Shown here piece after piece: positions 10,901 to 20,224 of a stretch of DNA of 64,000 nt (its first letter is position 1; every line of letters begins with the position of its first letter). The notes beneath the pieces were generated by a model that worked only from the letters and a program-made list of their open reading frames with translations, had not been told where the DNA came from and searched no databases. Origin of the DNA: Strigamia acuminata. Taxonomy: Eukaryota. Both the position numbers and the translations under genes were made by a program. The stretch covers positions 19,468,001 to 19,532,000 of the forward strand of contig OX442314.1 of assembly GCA_949358305.1 (NCBI GenBank). The letters are read 5' to 3'.

Positions 10901-13874
10901 AAGTGGCATCGATATTGATCTTCGTCGCGTTGATATTGACCAATGTCCACCGGGCGAGAGCGAGACATCGCAAGGGGTTAATGTTTTTGCGTCAAGTGAC
11001 AAGTGCAAGACCCGAACGACTCGAGTAAGTTCACCTTGGGACCAACATAAAACGAGATTTATAAGACCAAGGCTAAAGGAATAAATTGCATTACAGTGCG
11101 TTTCGATTCCTGGTTTGGGTTTCCGAAGAGGTTCTTATAAATGTGTATGTAGAGATGGATTTTATTATCGTGGAAAAGAAAATGGTTTTTTTAGCGGAGT
11201 TCAACTTGAAGAAGAATACGAAAAACTACTTCAGGTAAGCGGCGTCGAGAGACTTGCAATTTTGTTTGGTACGGACAAAAATCGCACTACGGTGTATTGG
11301 AAGCTATTAATTTTGAGCACAATTAAACATGTAATCAGAAAGAAGACAATCTGTACGACGATGTTGGAGCGTTTGAATGCTTTCCTTGTGCTGATGGCTG
11401 TGATACTTGCTTAGATGACAGACCTTGTGTGGCAAGCATCAATTGGGTGATGCGCTCTGCCATCCTGGCCTTGAATGGGTTGGTGATCGGCGCCTTGCCT
11501 GCTGTCGCCATTTTCACCTGCAAATATCGCGAGGTCAAGGTATCGGCTGCAATTATAGTCACTGTACGTAGTTTGGTAATTAAATTTATGTTCTTACTGT
11601 TTGCAAGGTGGTTAAAGCTGCCAGTCCACTTCTTCTGCAAATGATTATCGTTGGTGCGGCATTTTTGTATTCTACGGTAATTATTTCGTTCTTACTGAAT
11701 TTTAAGTAGCGGGATCATTTTTTGTATATGCCGTTTGTGACACACAGTTAATTTCACCAAGAATATTCTTAATTACACTAATTTGCTGCGTCATGTTTAT
11801 CTAAAAAGACAAAATTTTTATTTTCTGCCATTTTGTACACGATGAAAAGCATTTGAATTTAATTATACAAAAAAATTAAAATAGAGCGGTTGTAAATTTT
11901 AATATAAACGTAATATAAACAGTTGTTTTAGTTTTATAGAACATAAAAACATTTTGCAAATGTGTTTTCGCCAATGCACAGACGAGTAGACAACCGAGTG
12001 CTAATCAAACGAAGGTTATATTAAACGTGCCATTTATAAAACTCTAGATTATTAAAGCGTTTGAGAACATAAGCATGATGAATGACATGTTTAGATACAA
12101 AGCTCGTATTGGACTTCTTCTTCCGTGTGTTGACAAAGGGGATCATCTGAAAACCGACTTTGAAGAAAACAATTCTGTCATTTTTGTTTTCATAAAAGAT
12201 TTAAAATATTAACAAAATAAAAAAATAAAGTAAGCTAAACTGTATATATAAAAGTTGGTACCGGTAACTCAATGTTATACATTAATTATATGGTTATTAA
12301 TAATATAACTACCGGTATTCTTATTTGAACCCAGATAGTGGTCATGTACTTTCCACCAACAGCGATTACATGTACAGTTCGTATTTGGTTGAGAGAAATA
12401 GGATTCGTACTGTCTTACGGTGCTCTTTTGCTGAAGACCTGGAGGTATAAATCCCATCCAACAAATTTCAGTTTTTCTCATAGAATATTGATTTTTTTCC
12501 CTTACATTCATTAGGATTTCTGTTATATTTCGAATAAGATCGGCCAAAGCCATTAAAATTACAGACATGGATTTGATAAAAGGATTAAGTTTTCTAGTCG
12601 GTACCTGCACCATTTTTCTTGCAATTCGCACATTAGTTGAGGCACCGAGTGTTATTACCGCTCGAACTGCAGACGATCTCAAAGCGTTTCTTTGTTCTAC
12701 TGATTGGTGGGATCACAGCTTTACTGTAGGTAAGTACGACATTTGCCAATGTAGAGGAAAAACATTGTTATATTATTAAACAAATATTTTTCTACAGCCG
12801 AATTGTTTTTTCTTGTTTGGGGAATTCATCTATGCATAGTTGTGAGAAAAGCACCATCTGAATTTAATGAAAGTAAATTTATTAGTTTAGCTATTTACAA
12901 CGAATTCCTCTTATCGACGTTTCTTAATGTTTCTATGTATGTATACAATTTTATTTCCTTGGAACTGGCTGGGTGAACTAAGGTTTAAAAAAAATTGAAA
13001 AGAAATGTTTTTGATAAATATTGTATTCGCAGACACAAGTTTTACAGAATTCAATGTAAATGAAAATTCCAGCAATTTTTCTTGCGAACATTTTGATTAA
13101 AATGTTAATTCTCTTTTTTCACTCGCTTGCTTCAAGGAAAGTTATTACAATTTCCATAATTTTGGGATTCAATAACAAAAGTAATTTTTTCTTCTTCTAA
13201 TTTCTTTGTTGTTAGGTTATTCTTGCAATCACCTGCCAATCCTGATTTACTGTACATAATATTTTTTTGTCACAGTCAATTAACGACTACTTTGCTTCTC
13301 TGCCTAATTTTCGGCAGTAAAGTGAGAAATCATTTGGAATGAAATCGATTTTGGTTTTATTACTGCTTAATTCCAGGCGTACCTAGTGCTCAAAGGTCGT
13401 GGTAAAGAGGAAGAGGGAAGTAGTTCAACTTTTATCACAAAACCACTGACAGCTAAATTTCTCGTACGACCTCCAAAATCAACTAACTCAACGCGAATGG
13501 CCATATCAACTTCACCATCAGTGGGTCAAGCACCACTTGAAACAGCTGCAATTATTCTTACAGAAGCTGATGCTCAGGTTTAATACAATCTTTTCATTAA
13601 AAATTATCTAGATTGTGCTTCCAGTGTCTATTTTTTTTCAATTTAGGAAGAACTTGATGCAATATTTGTACAACTAGAATCACTCAAAGAGAAAAATCTG
13701 AGATTAGGCCATGCTCAAATAGTGGCGAAAATTACAACTATGCAGCTGGGCTTTAGCGTTGAACTGGATGAAAATGTTGAGATTAATGAAATGCAGTCTC
13801 TTAAAGTTTCTGACGATCCACGATCCAGCGAACCGTTTGCAGACGAAGCTCATCTTAGACATTCATCAATATAG
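1922..13874 (+). CDS. GPR158/GPR179-like class C orphan GPCR (Drosophila CG31760-like), 12 coding exons
   Basis: Phase-consistent GT-AG exons: 1922-2633, 10006-10186, 10895-11024, 11097-11234, 11339-11539, 11608-11676, 12335-12444, 12515-12729, 12798-12936, 13216-13321, 13377-13577, 13647-13874 (TAG). The product has a signal peptide, the Cache-like ectodomain motif GWWTKPYFDCGGGNIWMMTYTVPFF, then GTSGIDIDLRRVDIDQC and the Cys-rich GFRRGSYKCVCRDGFY. 7TM class C motifs follow: KAASP, LREIGF..YGALLLKTWR, RKAPSEFNESKFI. Confidence 0.9.
3620..3934. mobile_element. Tc1/mariner-type non-autonomous foldback element (MITE)
   Basis: Ends read TA|CAGTTCGCACCCGGTATCTTGAT...ATCAAGATGCCGAGCGCAAACTG|TA, i.e. 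TA-flanked with CAG..CTG termini. The arms are long imperfect inverted repeats (TTCTAATTCCAGTTGTTATT... / ...AATAACAACTGGAATTAGAA). No ORF. Confidence 0.75.
4737..4920 (+). repeat. 5' LTR of the copia element
   Basis: TGTTAGATTT...AATACAACA, a direct repeat of 8794-8977. Confidence 0.95.
4922..8707 (+). CDS. Copia polyprotein: partial Gag with CCHC knuckle, protease, integrase, reverse transcriptase, RNase H
   Basis: Uninterrupted 1261-codon frame. Zinc knuckle CYECGKSGHIAKNC; protease WILDSGASAHM; integrase WHKRLCH..CTAC, HADL, RSDNGGEF, NGISERTNRTL; RT YKARLVAVG, DIKTAYL, LYGLRQS, YVDD; RNase H ADASW, STESE, ADFLTK. The ORF-track GTG start lies inside the PBS and is not a real start. Confidence 0.95.
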   Translation: MVAVGRFSSKRSSTRHSDDIFKNDENVDSYLNRAKSIQARSKAVGRDVKNRELMLFVTRGLLQKHEHIARNFRTNATATIEELRRALKLEEQHSTFRTRGPAMENTTMAFRAQVGKNSGGKKLKGGTKIVCYECGKSGHIAKNCWQRYPEKRPAQAAQRTKETAKIAQVEEATIQHALIVDLENEDHIDDWILDSGASAHMSSKRGLFSSFVEMETIVTTAKKGVKLISTGKGNVILNCQLDGGQTMKILLMDVLFIPELKGNLMSVPRLTAKNYGIFFKGNWADIKSPNGETIAKGIRDGNMYLLQLTKEEQVNAVTTTTKESKELWHKRLCHMSEQTMDKMTKKEMVHGLEYVDAQLEKCTACILGKMTRSPYKKIKEKQSNEILQLVHADLIGPIQVSSLAGSKYALIMTEDFTRKKFVYFLKEKSQTFEFFKTFKAMTEKQTGQKLKKLRSDNGGEFVNANFKRFFDEEGIIHELTVPFNPSSNGISERTNRTLVEATRTLLLESGLPLSFWAEALATSVYVKNRSLTKPNGDLVPEEMWTKRKQAINYLRNFGCEAFLHVPAEKRQKLDQKAKHGIFIGYSVDRKAYRVYVPDDKKVQEGRTVIFNEKIRGADIFSLNEKNEKRRFCQEIEDEIIVAEPNVDDNNQQPAVAVENDPQPEQQAEQQLDQPARVGRPVGSTKAVLEQRHAEQRELREQQLQQEGVRRSQRIAAQHEAVNAAVEAADELLVDEFFTPETFDQAMNCADKERWKEAMNSEIDSLHVNNVWTLVKREKKMTTIKSKWIFRIKLNADRSVNKYKARLVAVGYSQRAGIDFTETFSPVVRLESLRIILSMVAKHKLFTRQFDIKTAYLYGLIDETIFMEQPEGYVQEDFVCKLERSLYGLRQSGRCWNQRLDEELTKIGLTPLINDRCVYVYKKRNDYLILGVYVDDILAAFTRPKILDRIMRRLKRVFEVIDMGEVHFLLGMEISITEAGVFIGQQKYVSEILVKYDLLDGIVASTPMATGQDLNDFENSKKVDQQLYQQILGSLMHVMVVTRPDLSFAISALSTYARDPRQVHFRAAKRVLRYLKKTRETQLFFPSEDGNLQGFADASWCSTQEAKSYTGIIVKIGLSTISWKTKKQRLVAMSSTESEILAICELLKSIKWARDFLYEVGEGSSVQRSVPIYTDSSPAIQVLCGANQFGRTKHINRHLMFIKDELKLGNIKLIHLPSTEMIADFLTKAVAKDKFTEGRKGVSLKDEGKMNEIEEEEKNEDK
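4923..4942 (+). other. Primer binding site, tRNA-iMet type
   Basis: TGGTAGCAG(T)AGGCCGGTTT starts 2 nt after the LTR. The complement of the animal initiator tRNA-Met 3' end is TGGTAGCAGAGGATGGTTT, so the first 9 nt match exactly and the rest imperfectly. Confidence 0.75.
8794..8977 (+). repeat. 3' LTR of the copia element
   Basis: Copy of 4737-4920 with GAGTGAAG in place of GAGTAAAG, followed by the ACATT target-site duplication. Confidence 0.95.
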
Positions 13875-14309
13875 ACTTTAACAGATGTGATAATATTTTT
13901 ATGATTATTTTAAGATTGTCAAATGAATTCAAATTTTGGAATTTTTCTCAATATAATGTGCATTAAAAGATGGCAATATCGATTTATGTTTTTTTTTTTA
14001 AATTAAACAAAAACAAAACAATTTTTTTGGCAACAATTGATTTTTAATATCCTATTTTTTATAAATCCAATTTTGTGTTTGCGAATTTTTTTTATACTTT
14101 TTTTTTTATCTCACTTTTTTTCGCGCTATTTCCCACTTTTTTTTAAGAAATTTGCTAATAAAAATTGCATTATGGTTAATTTCCAAGTAAAATTAATCCA
14201 AACTTCTTTTTTCCTCTTTAAATTCAACGATTGATTTTAAATAATGGGAGTTTCTTTTGCAATTCATAACTTTTTCGGATTACATTTTTCGTAAATCAAA
14301 CATGACACA

Positions 14310-14963
14310 TTACCGGATCTCGAATTCATTTTTGCCACTAGACATCCACATCAAATTTCTGTACATTTCTTCATAGACATCAGGAATGGTGCCCGCGTGT
14401 GGTATGTGTACCATCTTGACTGAATCTTGCCCAAACAACCTTTTCTCGTACTCAATCAACTGCTTGAAGAACCCATGATTTGGATGTGCAATAGGTCGCC
14501 TTCCCTTGATGTACTGGTAAGCTTTCCTCAAACTCATTCCTTCATATTTCATCAAATAAGCAATACACAACGAAACCGATCGACTAATCCCAGCTACACA
14601 GTGAACCAAAGTTTTGCCTCCTCTCCGTCTCACCTCGGCAATCTTGTCGGCGACGATATCGAAATAGGCGTACAGGTTGGAGTACGGTGTATCGTCCACA
14701 GGAACTTTAAGATAATCGACATTTGGTATCGGCAAATTCGGCAATTCGATGGTGGCGTTAATGATGCATGAAATTCCACGCTCTACAATGCGGCTGAACT
14801 GCACGGCCCGTGCACCTGACACATACAAATAATCAGTCACTGGTGACAACTGGTAGAAGATATCCAATTCTGATCTTGGGGGTTGACCAGAACTTTGGCC
14901 CTGCGTACCTGTAGTTAAAAATTCAACATTTTTATTCGCTTTTCGTGTAATCGGTGGCGCCAT
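14310..14963 (-). CDS. Atypical dual-specificity phosphatase (DUSP14/18/21-like), copy 1
   Basis: Catalytic loop VHCVAGISRS, general-acid loop KVPVDD, AYLMKY and HPNHGFFKQL. No rhodanese domain. The true N-terminus is uncertain: there is a possible acceptor near 14910 and an upstream donor near 15428. Confidence 0.9.
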   Translation of the reverse strand: MAPPITRKANKNVEFLTTGTQGQSSGQPPRSELDIFYQLSPVTDYLYVSGARAVQFSRIVERGISCIINATIELPNLPIPNVDYLKVPVDDTPYSNLYAYFDIVADKIAEVRRRGGKTLVHCVAGISRSVSLCIAYLMKYEGMSLRKAYQYIKGRRPIAHPNHGFFKQLIEYEKRLFGQDSVKMVHIPHAGTIPDVYEEMYRNLMWMSSGKNEFEIR

Positions 14964-15767
14964 CTATCATTTTTTAGCTTAACCATCTATTTTTTTTATT
15001 TTTGAAGAACTCAAGACACCACTGGAGATTTACATTTGAAATTTGTTGTTCGAAAACGACAACGAAAGTTCGATTAAATGTTTTCACAGTGTTAATGAGG
15101 TCAATAAATTGGGTTATCCAAAATTAATATCTTAAATTTTTAATTTGGATCGTACAAGCGGAACCACGGGCCTAACAAGTGTTGTTAGGTGAGTGGTCAA
15201 ACCAACCTCTGTTATAAACGCCACTAGAACAAGACAAACAAACATGTTGGTGAGAGGGCTGGCGTTGGACCGCAGTTGAAGGTGGAGATCGAGATTGACG
15301 GTGCTGATAAAAACTCATGGCGACACTGTGGGATTAAGAAAAGAATTAGAAAAATACCGGATACCTAATTGGCAGCAAACAAGAAACAAATTAAAAGCAA
15401 TAAAAATAAAAGTAAACATTTCACTCACCTTCTGTTCTATTTGTTTTATAAATTACAATTTATCTTGACATTTTCACATATTTGTTTTTTTAAAAATGTA
15501 CAAACAAAAATTAAGTTGACACGCTTCACAAATTTACCATCATGACCCAAACAATTTTTTTTGTAATTATTTATAACCGAAAACTTAAATTAAAAAAGGA
15601 CTATATGAATGGCTATACATTATCTCCCATTTTAGTCTTATTGCATTTTCCCCCTCAACAACAATAAAACCGCACTTTGCCGTGCAGCAACATCACCGCA
15701 TGCCCTTTATTGCTCGAATAGGCCTAGGTAGCCATATTTATTTAAACAAAGTCGCGATATAAACATT

Positions 15768-15820
15768 TAGTCCGTGAGTCCATGCTCCTTTAGGAGCATA
15801 GGACGGCCAACGAATCCTCC
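15768..15820 (-). mobile_element. Probable extreme 3' fragment of an RTE-clade LINE/SINE
   Basis: Minus strand reads GGAGGATTCGTTGGCCGTCCTATGCTCCTAAAGGAGCATGGAC. The CCTATGCTCC..GGAG stem-loop resembles the conserved RTE 3' terminus. Recognised from memory, not searched. Confidence 0.45.
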
Positions 15821-15910
15821 GAACCTTTAAGGCAAAATTCATGCGCAAGTAACAGCAGATTTATTTTCTAAAAATCGGTTTGGACATAGTATGACGTGAC
15901 TTCACCCAAA

Positions 15911-17469
15911 ATGGGGGTGTCTGCTGAAGAGTCCAGGGCTGATCAACATCAGAAAGTGTTGTTTCAATTTCGCTATCAAATTCAACGTTATTTAGGTAAG
16001 CCTTTCCAATTTATTCATCATAGTTAATCAACCGTGCGTGCTAGGTTATGGCGGAGGAGGTTTGGTCTACTTGGCCGTCGACGGACACAAAGGCAACAAA
16101 AGACGTCAGGTGGCAATCAAAGTGGTTCGATATAACAATCCTTTAGGCGAGGGAGAATGGCGATATTGGTCCAGACTCCATCACCCAAACATCGTGCATT
16201 TGTTAGCCAAATTTGAAGTGAGTGGTGACCGCTTTTACGTGATGGAATATGCTGCGAATGGTACTCTATTTGAGTGGATGAGACGACATCGAACTGAAGC
16301 AGGCTTACCTAGGGCAAGTTTCAGATGGAAATCAAAGAAAAAGTATATACAAACAACTTTATTTATAGGTCACCGAAACTCGTACGAGACGATGGATGCG
16401 TCAAGTGTTAGAAGCTGGACGCTACTGTCACCACTTGGGACTCTATCACTTCGACATTAAATCGAGCAATATTCTTCTGGATGGGTCTCTCAACATTAAA
16501 TTGGCAGATTTTGGTACGATGAAATGTAAAGAGGAGGAGGAAATCCGTCACAACGGCTGCCGGTTCTATCGACCCCCGGAAGCTCTGAGATCCTCTGGTC
16601 GCGTTCGGGGAATTGCCGCACTGGAAGCCGTCGACGTGTGGGCAATTGGAGCAACCATGTTACGGTTTTTGTCGGGAGGGAAATTAATTTCCTATCGTGA
16701 TTTCACGGACAGTGATAGTGAGCGAAAGAGTGACATTTTAACCAATATTAGACGAAATGTTATTCGAATACCGACCTTGCCCATAGCTCACGAAGGAGCA
16801 CGTCCTCTGATAATGCAAATGCTTCAGCTGGAACCACGCAGAAGGCCATCTTGTACGAGTCTTCTCAAGAATCAGTGGCTTAACCACAGACACAGCCCTC
16901 TAGGTCCCACTCCGGACCGATCTAGTAGTAATGTGGGCCCAGAATACGCCACCGGTGCTTCGAGTCTAGTGAATAAAAGGTCTCCTGCATCTAAAATACA
17001 CAAAAGTTCGAATTTGAAGGGAGCCAGCACGGCGAACTCGAACTCAGTTCGCCAACCTATCGATACAGCCACGCGTGTTATGCCTTACGACGGCTTGCGA
17101 GATTCATTGGCCCCTGAAAAACCACGATATCCACGTAAGCCGTCTGTGGGAACAGGGACTAGCTCGAGTAAAAAACAACCAACTCGAAGTGTGTCGACTA
17201 ATAAAATAAATAGTTATGCTGTCCCGGTCAGAGAAATATCGAAAACATCAACTAACTTGCGGAAAACGAAAATGTTGTCTGTGAAGAAGAAAAGATCGAC
17301 CACTACTAGACAAACGATAACGCCGTCGAGAGCCATATTGTCACCTCGAGCCAGGTTGTCGCCTCCTGCCAGACTGGATCAAGCGTTGGTGGACGCTCGT
17401 AGGAAAAGGTCAAGACACTGCCAACAAGTGCGGCATCAAAGTGCAAGCAGGAATAACAGAGATCATTAA
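15911..17469 (+). CDS. Divergent Ser/Thr protein kinase (CAMK/TSSK-like fold) with a basic, low-complexity C-terminal tail
   Basis: Exons 15911-15995, 16045-16313 and 16369-17469 (second intron GC-AG) join in frame. Motifs: LGYGGGGLVY, VAIK, LHHPNIV, VMEYAANGTL, HFDIKSSN, ADFG, YRPPE, DVWAIG. Confidence 0.85.
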
Positions 17470-17696
17470 AGCAGTTAAAATTTCTTTTTGTCGAGTGTAT
17501 ATAACCATTTTTTAATTACTGTGTGCAAAACAATAAGCTAAATTTTAAACAAAGTGCATTTTATCGTATCCAAAGTGTAGAAAAACATAAAATGAAAAGT
17601 TGTTTTTATAATTGTAATATGTTTTAAAAATTTGACACTAAAATTCAGAAAACTTTTTTGTTCTTTCAGTAATTGTTCAACTCAATTAATATATAT

Positions 17697-18381
17697 TTAG
17701 TCGAAAGTCCTTTCAGGTTTCTTATTAGCATCAACTTTTTCAACGCGCCGAACCCAATCTGCGATGTTTCGAGTGTGAGCTTTTGGACATTTCTCCCGTT
17801 CAAGGTTTGTGTCACCATAATTATTCTCCTTCATCTTGAAATAATAATAAAAAAAATAACCATTCTTGACTAACCCTTAAGCAAGTTTTTCTCCATTTTT
17901 AATACTAGCTGCCGGTTTCGTTATTTTCCCATTTATTTCCCATTTATTATCTTCGGGAACAAACACGTGTATTCCGATTGGCGTACAAAAACATGTTGTA
18001 TGTAATGACCTGGTGAACAGTTTTCAAAATACCATTTATTAGCGAAAACATTGCTGATAAAATAACTATCTTGATAATGACCTCTACAAGAGACGTCAAA
18101 GTCTCTCATTTTTTAATTTCTGAATTGAATCTGACAAACGCAGTTTCGCCCCAAGTGTTGACTTTATTGCGATGTTTTGCGACCTTTATACAGTCTGTGC
18201 CCGGGCATGTTCGAGTCACCTCTTTATACCGTTCATCTTCACAGTAATGCAAAATAACACATTGATCATAACAACTGAAAAAGTACAGGCAGCATCGTAA
18301 ACAGCACGCTAGCTTTCTCGTCCGACCATGATTTAGTACTGGGTGTGTAAGTAAAATCGTGTAAGAAGAAAATGTAACTTG
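17697..18381 (-). pseudogene. Decayed duplicate of the 3' half of the BTB-Kelch gene
   Basis: Colinear with about 20225-21038 (shared AATCTGACAAACGCAGTTTCGCCCCA and CCGGGCATGTTCGAGTCACCTCTTTATACCGT). It carries many deletions and has no long ORF. Confidence 0.9.
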
Positions 18382-18446
18382 AAACTAAAATTTTTCTTTT
18401 CAGTAAACAGAATATGCTTCCAGTCTCTATTTTTTTTTAAATTCAG

Positions 18447-18637
18447 AAAAACGTTTGGTAATATTTGTACAATTAGAATTACTCAAAGAGAAGAATGAGA
18501 GATTAGGCCATGCTCAAGCGAAAATTCAGCATTGAACTGGATATCAATGTTAATCAATGAAATGCCGTTTCTGACGATCCACGATCGAGCGAACTTTTTG
18601 CAGCGAAGCTCGTCTTAATAGACTTTCATCAATATAG
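18447..18637 (+). pseudogene. Decayed duplicate of the last exon of the GPR158-like gene
   Basis: Colinear with 13647-13874 (shared GAGATTAGGCCATGCTCAA, TTTCTGACGATCCACGATC, TTCATCAATATAGACTTTAAC) with indels. The downstream UTR is also duplicated. Confidence 0.9.
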
Positions 18638-19118
18638 ACTTTAACATAAATAATTATATTTTTATGATTATTTTAAGATTATCAAATAAATTAATATTTT
18701 TGAAATTTTCTCAATACGGTGTGCATTACAAGATGACAAGCGTGTCGTGTTTTTAATTTTTAAAAAACAATTTTTTTTTTTGTATTAATCATTTTTTAAT
18801 TTTCCTATTTTTTTATAAATCCAATTTTTGTTTTTCCGGATTTTTTTACATTTTTTTTCAAACTATTTCCATTTTTTGTTTAAATTTGCTTTAAAACATT
18901 GCACGAAGGTTAATTTTCAAGTAAAATTAATACAAACTTCTTTTTTTCTCTTTAAATATAACGAATGATTTTAAATAAAAAATTATGGACGGGAGTTTGT
19001 TTTCATTTCATAACGTTTTTGGATTATCGTTTTCGGAAATCAAACATAACACATTACCGAAGCTCGAAGACATCCACATTAATTTTCTAAAATTCTAAAT
19101 TTCTAAATTTCTAAATTT

Positions 19119-19760
19119 CTAATACGGCATTGGCATTTCTACTGGAACCACCCCATACAACCTTTTCTCATACTCAACTAACTGTTTTAAGAACCCGCTA
19201 TTTGGATGTGCAATTGATCGCCTTCGCTTGACGAACTGGTAAGCTTTTCTCAAACTCATTCCTTCATATTTCATCAAATAAGCAATACACAATGCAACCG
19301 ATCGACTAATCCCAGCTACACAGTGCACCAAAGTTTTGCCTCCTTTTCGTCTCACTTTAGCAATCCTATCGGCGACGATATCAAAATAAGGGTACAGGTT
19401 GGCGCCCGCATCATCGTCTACAGGTACTTTGAGATACTCGATGTTTGGCATTGGTAAATTTGGCAATTCGGTGGTGGCATTAACGACACACGTGATTTTA
19501 TGTTCTAAAATGCGGCTGTACTGCACAGCCTTTGAACCCGACACATACAAAAAATCAGTCACTGGTGACAACTCGTAGAAAACGTTGCCCTGTGATCTTG
19601 GGGGTTTGTGTCCGTAGAACTTTGGCCATGGGAAATGGAACCTGTATTTCAAATTTAAACAATTATATTCAGTTTTCGTGTAATCAGTGGCGCCATTTAT
19701 CTTTTTATTTAAAAAAATAAGTTCTACCTCACTAAAGTTTGACTCTGCGGGGAACCACAT
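19119..19760 (-). CDS. Atypical DUSP, copy 2 (paralog with altered N- and C-termini)
   Basis: Intact phosphatase domain with VHCVAGISRS and mostly conservative changes versus copy 1. The first in-frame ATG is at 19760 (MWFPAE...). An early TAG at 19119-19121 sits next to a (TTTCTAAA)n repeat. Functional status uncertain. Confidence 0.7.
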   Translation of the reverse strand: MWFPAESNFSEVELIFLNKKINGATDYTKTEYNCLNLKYRFHFPWPKFYGHKPPRSQGNVFYELSPVTDFLYVSGSKAVQYSRILEHKITCVVNATTELPNLPMPNIEYLKVPVDDDAGANLYPYFDIVADRIAKVRRKGGKTLVHCVAGISRSVALCIAYLMKYEGMSLRKAYQFVKRRRSIAHPNSGFLKQLVEYEKRLYGVVPVEMPMPY

Positions 19761-19821
19761 CAAATGCAGCCTCGCGTGATATGCCGTATGATGGCTTGTG
19801 AGATTTAATACCACCTGATAA

Positions 19822-19990
19822 ACCACTAGACAAACGATAACGCCGTCGATCACGAGAGCTAGATTGTCACCTCGAGCCAGGTTGTCGCCACCTGCCAGAC
19901 TGGATCAAGCGTTGGTGGACGAGGAAAACGTCAAAACGCTGCTAACAAATGTGGCACCAAAGTACAAGTAGGAATAACAAAGATCATTAA
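19822..19990 (+). pseudogene. Duplicate fragment of the kinase 3' coding end
   Basis: Matches about 17303-17469 (ACTAGACAAACGATAACGCCGTCGA; TTGTCACCTCGAGCCAGGTTGTCGCC; GACTGGATCAAGCGTTGGTGGACG) with indels and an internal stop. Confidence 0.9.
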
Positions 19991-20224
19991 AACAGTTAAA
20001 AATTATTTCGAGTGTATATAACAACCTTTTAATTATTGTGTGCAAAACAATAAGCAAAATTTTAAAATAAAGTGCATATTATCATATCCAAAATGTATAA
20101 TACTATAAAACGAAAAGTTATTTTTATAATTGTAATATATTTTTTTAAAGAAAAAAATTTGACACTAAAATTCAGGAAACATTTTTTTTTAGTAATTGAT
20201 TAGCTCAATTAATATAGAGTACAT

